Virus record (IMG/VR): IMGVR_UViG_3300023180_000036
Coordinates: 1 to 64,000 of that record
Reading direction: 5' to 3' (one strand)
DNA length: 64,000 bases
Source of the DNA: a virus
Shown here: piece after piece, positions 59,335-64,000 of the stretch
Layout of the letters: each line of letters begins with the position of its first letter
Position numbering within the stretch: position 1 is the stretch's first letter
Made by a program: the position numbers and the translations under genes
Notes under the pieces: generated by a model
What the model was told of the DNA's origin: nothing
The model's database searches: none
Seen by the model: only the letters and a program-made list of their open reading frames with translations

Positions 59335-59534
59335 TGGTGGCACAAGTAACCCACATTTGGTGGTCACTTAGACAAGAACTGGTTTCAATGCTTTCTTCAG
59401 CGTGGAAATCATTTAACCACTTTGCATTAGTAGTTGGTCACTCACGTGCCGCAACACATTTGGCTAGAATGGGATACCATGAACAAGCCAAGAATGTTAT
59501 GATGGAATTAAAGAAGCTGCAAAATAATCGCTAA
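59334..59534 (+). CDS. Small hypothetical protein
   Basis: TAATG-coupled ORF. Confidence 0.6.
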   Translation: MVAQVTHIWWSLRQELVSMLSSAWKSFNHFALVVGHSRAATHLARMGYHEQAKNVMMELKKLQNNR

Positions 59535-59631
59535 TGTATTATAAATAAAACTTTATAATCAGAAGGCTTTAGTTAGCTCAGGGGGCGGGAAACCGCCCCT
59601 CAGATCACACACAATCACAAGGAAAATAAAA

Positions 59632-59856
59632 ATGACAAATAAAAACCCATTTGAAATCAGAGCAGATATGCTCAAACTTGCAAAAGACTATATGGATCAA
59701 CAGTATCATATGAATGTAGACTTTTGGAGACAACAGTTTGATACAAACAAAGCAACAGCTGAAGAATTTCAAAAAGCAATCCAAGAATATTATACAATGG
59801 ATGATCTAATGGATAAAGCAAAAGAAATGTATTCTTTTGTTTCAAAGAAAGATTAA
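59632..59856 (+). CDS. Hypothetical protein, late promoter at 59540
   Basis: AAGGA RBS; NPFEIR...AKEMYSFV. Confidence 0.7.
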   Translation: MTNKNPFEIRADMLKLAKDYMDQQYHMNVDFWRQQFDTNKATAEEFQKAIQEYYTMDDLMDKAKEMYSFVSKKD

Positions 59857-59857
59857 T

Positions 59858-60010
59858 ATGAAAGGCTGGCTTAACTGGTGGCTATATTTAAGGAAAATGG
59901 GCTATCCTTTTTTCTACAGTATAGAATGGGCTTATTATAATAATAAGTACTGGCATCCAGAAGGTATTTGGCCATATGATATGAAAAAAAGACGTTTACA
60001 ATCTTTCTAA
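59858..60010 (+). CDS. 50-aa Trp/Tyr-rich hypothetical peptide
   Basis: ORF MKGWLNWWLY...LQSF* filling the gap. Confidence 0.4.
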   Translation: MKGWLNWWLYLRKMGYPFFYSIEWAYYNNKYWHPEGIWPYDMKKRRLQSF

Positions 60011-60023
60011 TTTATGATATAAT
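59995..60023 (+). promoter_or_regulatory. Early promoter for gp43
   Basis: GTTTACA-17 nt-TATAAT. Confidence 0.8.
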
Positions 60024-60047
60024 AATTCCAAACTGGAGGTTATTATT

Positions 60048-62630
60048 TTGAATTCATTCTACACTTCAGTGAACCGTTATGGCAATTCCATTCTTTATCG
60101 TGGATATTCACCTAACGGTTCACCTATTAATCAACGCTATAAATTTAAACCAAAATTTTGGTTACCATCTAAAAATCCAACAGAGATAAAATCCTTTGAT
60201 GGTACGAATATTGCACCAGTCGAATTTGAAAAAATGAGCGATGCTAAAGAATTTCTTGAGCAATATTCGGAAATGGAAGGTGCAAAAATATATGGCACCC
60301 GTAATTATATTCATCAGTTTATTACAGAAAAATTTCCTGATGATATTAAATTTAATCCAAAAAATACAAATGTAGTTAATTTTGATATAGAAGTTGCTTC
60401 TGATGATGGTTTCCCTACACCAGAAGCTGCAGCTTATCCTATTATATCAATTGCGCTTAAATCTAGTAAATCTTCCATATATCAAGTATGGGGTTTAGAT
60501 AATTATGATCCGTCTAAAACTGAAATTAATTTAGATGGTGGACAAATCCAATATCATCAATTTAATTCAGAAGAAGCCATGATGGTTTCGTTTCTAACAT
60601 ACTGGACTAAAAATTATCCAGATATTATAACTGGCTGGAATACCAGATTTTTTGACATACCGTATCTCGTTAATCGGATCAAGATTATTGGAACACAGGA
60701 AGCTGCTAATAAATTATCACCGTGGAAACTTGTTAATGAAAGAAATACCACAATCATGGGTCGACCACAGGTTAACCATGAAATTGTTGGTATTCAACAA
60801 GCCGACTATCTTGAATTATTTAAAAAGTTTGGATACTCATATGGTACTCAAGAATCGTATAGATTAGATCATGTTGCAAATACGGTACTTGGAGAAAAGA
60901 AATTATCTTATGAAGAACATGGTAATCTTTATACTTTATATAAACAAGATCATCAAAAATTTATTGACTATAATATTAGAGATGTACAACTAATTGATAA
61001 AATGGATGCCAAGATGGGTCTTATTAATCTGGCTATGACTATGGCATATAGGGCTGGAACTAATTTATCTGATACTTTTGGCACGACTTCAATTTGGGAA
61101 TCTATCCTTTATCGCAGATTACTTTCTAAAAATATTGTTTCTCCTATTGAACAAATAAAAAGAGTTGCTTATGAAAATAATTCTAATCCCAATGTTATTG
61201 AAGGTGGTTATGTAAAAGATCCTCAAGTAGGAGCACACGATTGGGTAGTATCTTTTGATTTAAATTCTCTGTATCCAAATATTATTGTTCAATCTAACAT
61301 ATCACCGGAAACTATTATTCGCAATAAAACTTGGAGATTTTTCCCTCAAGGTGTTGATCATTATCTAAACGGAGAAGATAAAATTGATGAAGAATTTTCT
61401 GTTTGTGCTAGTGGTGTTCCTTTTTCAAGAGAAAAACAGGGTATTATTCCAGAACTTATTGTGGATTATTATTCAGAAAGAACACAAATAAAGAAGAAAA
61501 TGTTAGATGCAAAATCTCAGTATGAAAAAACAAAATCTTCATATCTCGAGTCTGAGATTAATCAGCTAGAAAATAATCAGATGGCAATTAAAATTTTGCT
61601 TAATTCTCTTTATGGTGCTCTTGCTAATAAACACTTTAAATATTTTGATAATGCTCTTGCTGAAAGCGTAACTTTAACTGGTCAGCTTTCGATCAAGTGG
61701 GCGGAAAGAGCAATAAATGAAGAAATGAATAAAATCTTAAAAACAGAAAATACCGATTATGTTATAGCAATTGATACTGATTCTGTTTATATTAATTTTG
61801 GTCCTCTTATTGAAAAATTAAATCCTAAAGATCCCGTAAAAGCCATTGATAAATTATGTAAAGACCACTTTGAAAAAATTATTGCTATGGCATATGATAA
61901 ACTATTTTACAGACTTAATGGTTATACTCCAAGAATGGAAATGGGTAGAGAAGTTATTGCAGATCGTGGAATATGGACTGCTAAAAAACGCTATATACTT
62001 AACGTACATAATAACGAAGGAGTACAATACGCAGAACCTAAACTAAAAATGATGGGTATAGAAGCAATTAAATCTTCAACACCTCAAGTTGTAAGAGATA
62101 AATTCAGAGAAATATTTAAGATTATTATTAGTAGCACAGAAACGGAAACACGTAATTATATTAATAATTTTAAATCTGAATTTAAATCTTTACCTCCAGA
62201 AGCGGTCGCTTTTCCTAGAGGTGTTTCAGATATTAATAAATTTTCACATAATAAAAATATTTATTGTAATTCTGCCCATTCTAAAAAATGGACAGAAGGT
62301 TCTAAACAAATAGATGTAAAAACAACACCTATTCATGTTCGTGGTGCTCTTTTATATAACTATCATGTAAAAGATAAAGCTTTAGATAAAAAGTATATTA
62401 TGATACAAAACGGAGAAAAAATTAAATTTACTTATATGAAACTTCCTAATCCTATTCGTGAAAATGTTATTTCTTTTCCAGATTATTTACCTGAAGAATT
62501 AAATTTACATAAATATGTGGACTATGATATGCAATTTGAAAAAACATTTATCGAACCTCTTAACCCTATACTTGAAGCTGTAGGGTGGTCGGTAAAAGAT
62601 GTTCAAACTTTGGAGGACTTTTTTGGATGA
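60048..62630 (+). CDS. gp43: Family B DNA polymerase
   Basis: DIEV exonuclease, FDLNSLYP, KILLNSLYG and DTDS; TTG start with GGAGG. Confidence 0.98.
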   Translation: MNSFYTSVNRYGNSILYRGYSPNGSPINQRYKFKPKFWLPSKNPTEIKSFDGTNIAPVEFEKMSDAKEFLEQYSEMEGAKIYGTRNYIHQFITEKFPDDIKFNPKNTNVVNFDIEVASDDGFPTPEAAAYPIISIALKSSKSSIYQVWGLDNYDPSKTEINLDGGQIQYHQFNSEEAMMVSFLTYWTKNYPDIITGWNTRFFDIPYLVNRIKIIGTQEAANKLSPWKLVNERNTTIMGRPQVNHEIVGIQQADYLELFKKFGYSYGTQESYRLDHVANTVLGEKKLSYEEHGNLYTLYKQDHQKFIDYNIRDVQLIDKMDAKMGLINLAMTMAYRAGTNLSDTFGTTSIWESILYRRLLSKNIVSPIEQIKRVAYENNSNPNVIEGGYVKDPQVGAHDWVVSFDLNSLYPNIIVQSNISPETIIRNKTWRFFPQGVDHYLNGEDKIDEEFSVCASGVPFSREKQGIIPELIVDYYSERTQIKKKMLDAKSQYEKTKSSYLESEINQLENNQMAIKILLNSLYGALANKHFKYFDNALAESVTLTGQLSIKWAERAINEEMNKILKTENTDYVIAIDTDSVYINFGPLIEKLNPKDPVKAIDKLCKDHFEKIIAMAYDKLFYRLNGYTPRMEMGREVIADRGIWTAKKRYILNVHNNEGVQYAEPKLKMMGIEAIKSSTPQVVRDKFREIFKIIISSTETETRNYINNFKSEFKSLPPEAVAFPRGVSDINKFSHNKNIYCNSAHSKKWTEGSKQIDVKTTPIHVRGALLYNYHVKDKALDKKYIMIQNGEKIKFTYMKLPNPIRENVISFPDYLPEELNLHKYVDYDMQFEKTFIEPLNPILEAVGWSVKDVQTLEDFFG

Positions 62631-63358
62631 TTAATTATGTTTTTGATGTGGATGGAACTCTTACACCCAGTAGAATGAAAATGGATAAAGAGTTTCAAAA
62701 ATTCTTTTTAGAATTTATAGAAAAAAACAACGTCTATCTTGTTACGGGTTCAGATTATATAAAAACGGTCGAACAGGTTGGTAAAGAGATATGTGAAAAA
62801 GTTATTAAATGCTATAACTGTTGCGGCAATAGTATTTGGCAGAATGGAGAAGAAATTTATAAGTCTGATTGGAAACTTTCAGAAGAAATTGTGGATTGGC
62901 TAAAAAAAGAATTAAAGAATAGTAAATTTAGTATAAGGACTGGAAATCATATAGAACAGAGACCAGGCTTGGTAAATTTTAGTATTCTTGGTAGAAATGC
63001 TTCTTTTGAAGAAAGATTCATATATACACAATGGGACGATCAAATAGATGAAAGAATAACAATTGCCAAAAAATTCAATCAGAGGTTTTCCTACTATAAA
63101 GCACAAGTTGCAGGAGAAACCGGAATTGATATTACTCAAATAGGAAATGATAAAAGTCAAGTTGCAAATCATATAGATGGTCCTATTGTATTTTTTGGTG
63201 ATAAAATGAAAGCCGGTGGCAATGATTATCCTTTAGCATTAGAAGTTAAAATGAGACCAGACTCTTGGAATCATGAAGTAAAAGACTGGAAAGAAACATA
63301 TAAAATATTAACTAATTTATCATATAAAGGTTTACAAAAAGTCGAATATAATGTATAA
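62627..63358 (+). CDS. HAD-IIB phosphomannomutase-like protein (eukaryotic PMM type)
   Basis: FDVDGTLT, VTGSD, IEQRPGLVNFS..GR and FFGD....GGNDY. Confidence 0.8.
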   Translation: MINYVFDVDGTLTPSRMKMDKEFQKFFLEFIEKNNVYLVTGSDYIKTVEQVGKEICEKVIKCYNCCGNSIWQNGEEIYKSDWKLSEEIVDWLKKELKNSKFSIRTGNHIEQRPGLVNFSILGRNASFEERFIYTQWDDQIDERITIAKKFNQRFSYYKAQVAGETGIDITQIGNDKSQVANHIDGPIVFFGDKMKAGGNDYPLALEVKMRPDSWNHEVKDWKETYKILTNLSYKGLQKVEYNV

Positions 63359-63359
63359 T
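63331..63359 (+). promoter_or_regulatory. Early promoter
   Basis: GGTTTACA-17 nt-TATAAT. Confidence 0.75.
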
Positions 63360-63387
63360 ACTATTAATATTATGAAAGATAAAAACA

Positions 63388-63747
63388 ATGAGTAAAGCAG
63401 GAAAAGTGTGGGGTGTAACAGAACTTATTGAAGCGAATGGTTCTTTAGAGTTTCATCGTATTCAAATGAATAAAGGAGGTGTTTGTTCTAAACATCTTCA
63501 TGAGTTTAAATGGAATGGGTTCTATGTCGAAAAAGGTGTAATGTTGGTTCGTGTCTGGCAGAAGGATTATGATCTTGTGGACGAAACTATTTTATATGAA
63601 GGAGATTATACAAAAGTCAAACCAGGTCTTTATCATCAGTTTGAATGCCTAGAGTCCGGTGTTGCTTACGAACTCTATTGGGCTGAGTTTAATCATAACG
63701 ATATTGTAAGAGAAACTGTAGGGTATAATGAAAAAAATAAAAAGTAA
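63388..63747 (+). CDS. Cupin-fold protein (possible sugar isomerase)
   Basis: K.WG, CSKHLH and PGLYHQF. Confidence 0.75.
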   Translation: MSKAGKVWGVTELIEANGSLEFHRIQMNKGGVCSKHLHEFKWNGFYVEKGVMLVRVWQKDYDLVDETILYEGDYTKVKPGLYHQFECLESGVAYELYWAEFNHNDIVRETVGYNEKNKK

Positions 63748-63907
63748 TAGTTGGACTTTAGAAGTACAAGAAAATGGAAAAACTAAGGAACTATTTATTG
63801 AATTTCCTCCTGAAGCTCTTAGTCAAGTAGGCTGGGATGAAGGAGATACTTTACTTTGGGAAGAATTAACTGATGGTGTTTGGAGTATAACAAAGAAAGA
63901 TGACTAA
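63728..63907 (+). CDS. 59-aa AbrB/MazE-like protein
   Basis: ELFIEFPPEALSQVGWDEGDTLLW. Confidence 0.6.
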   Translation: MKKIKSNSWTLEVQENGKTKELFIEFPPEALSQVGWDEGDTLLWEELTDGVWSITKKDD

Positions 63908-63908
63908 A

Positions 63909-64000
63909 ATGAAAATCGGTTTAACGGCTAGTACATTTGATTTACTACACGCTGGTCATATAATGATGTTAAGAGAAGCCAAATCAAAATGTGACTGGCT
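63909..64000 (+). CDS. Cytidylyltransferase, N-terminus (partial)
   Basis: TASTFDLLHAGH. Confidence 0.8.
   Translation, partial: MKIGLTASTFDLLHAGHIMMLREAKSKCDW

Noticed and set aside
28388-62630. Introns, inteins or stop-codon recoding in terminase, helicase or polymerase
   Set aside because: All are continuous ORFs of normal length in the standard code.
5307-63172. Many 60-130 aa ORFs nested in or antisense to well-supported genes (e.g. 7666, 38878, 44795, 45400, 50937)
   Set aside because: No RBS, promoter or motif; expected by chance opposite or within real genes.

Overview
A 64-kb, AT-rich, gene-dense segment of a large T4-like myovirus genome, probably marine and infecting an alphaproteobacterium (inferred from DUF1127, a ROSE-like hsp20 leader, an Ile2-like tRNA and SqdB). 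From left to right: (1) a ~13.6-kb island of glycosyltransferases, methyltransferases, nucleotidyltransferases, SqdB, sulfotransferase and CysC, with GAPDH and class I aldolase embedded; (2) small early genes and a 4-tRNA cluster containing an unexplained structured RNA-like element; (3) a probable capsid-targeted PD-(D/E)xK nuclease and a late lipase/peptidase pair; (4) the T4 neck-to-head module (gp13-gp23) with inserted fibre genes; (5) the T4 recombination and replication module (gp3, uvsY, uvsW, gp55, gp47/46, gp45/44/62, regA, gp43), interrupted by pckA, guaC, hsp20 and DUF1127. The best leads are a possible virion glycosylation system (sulfated or sulfo-glycan island, gluconeogenic genes, and DS-motif enrichment in virion proteins), a duplicated back-to-back promoter cassette making an identical antisense leader that ends in a start-stop minigene, and a 96-nt structured element between tRNAs. 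All calls come from motif recognition by eye; no searches were run.
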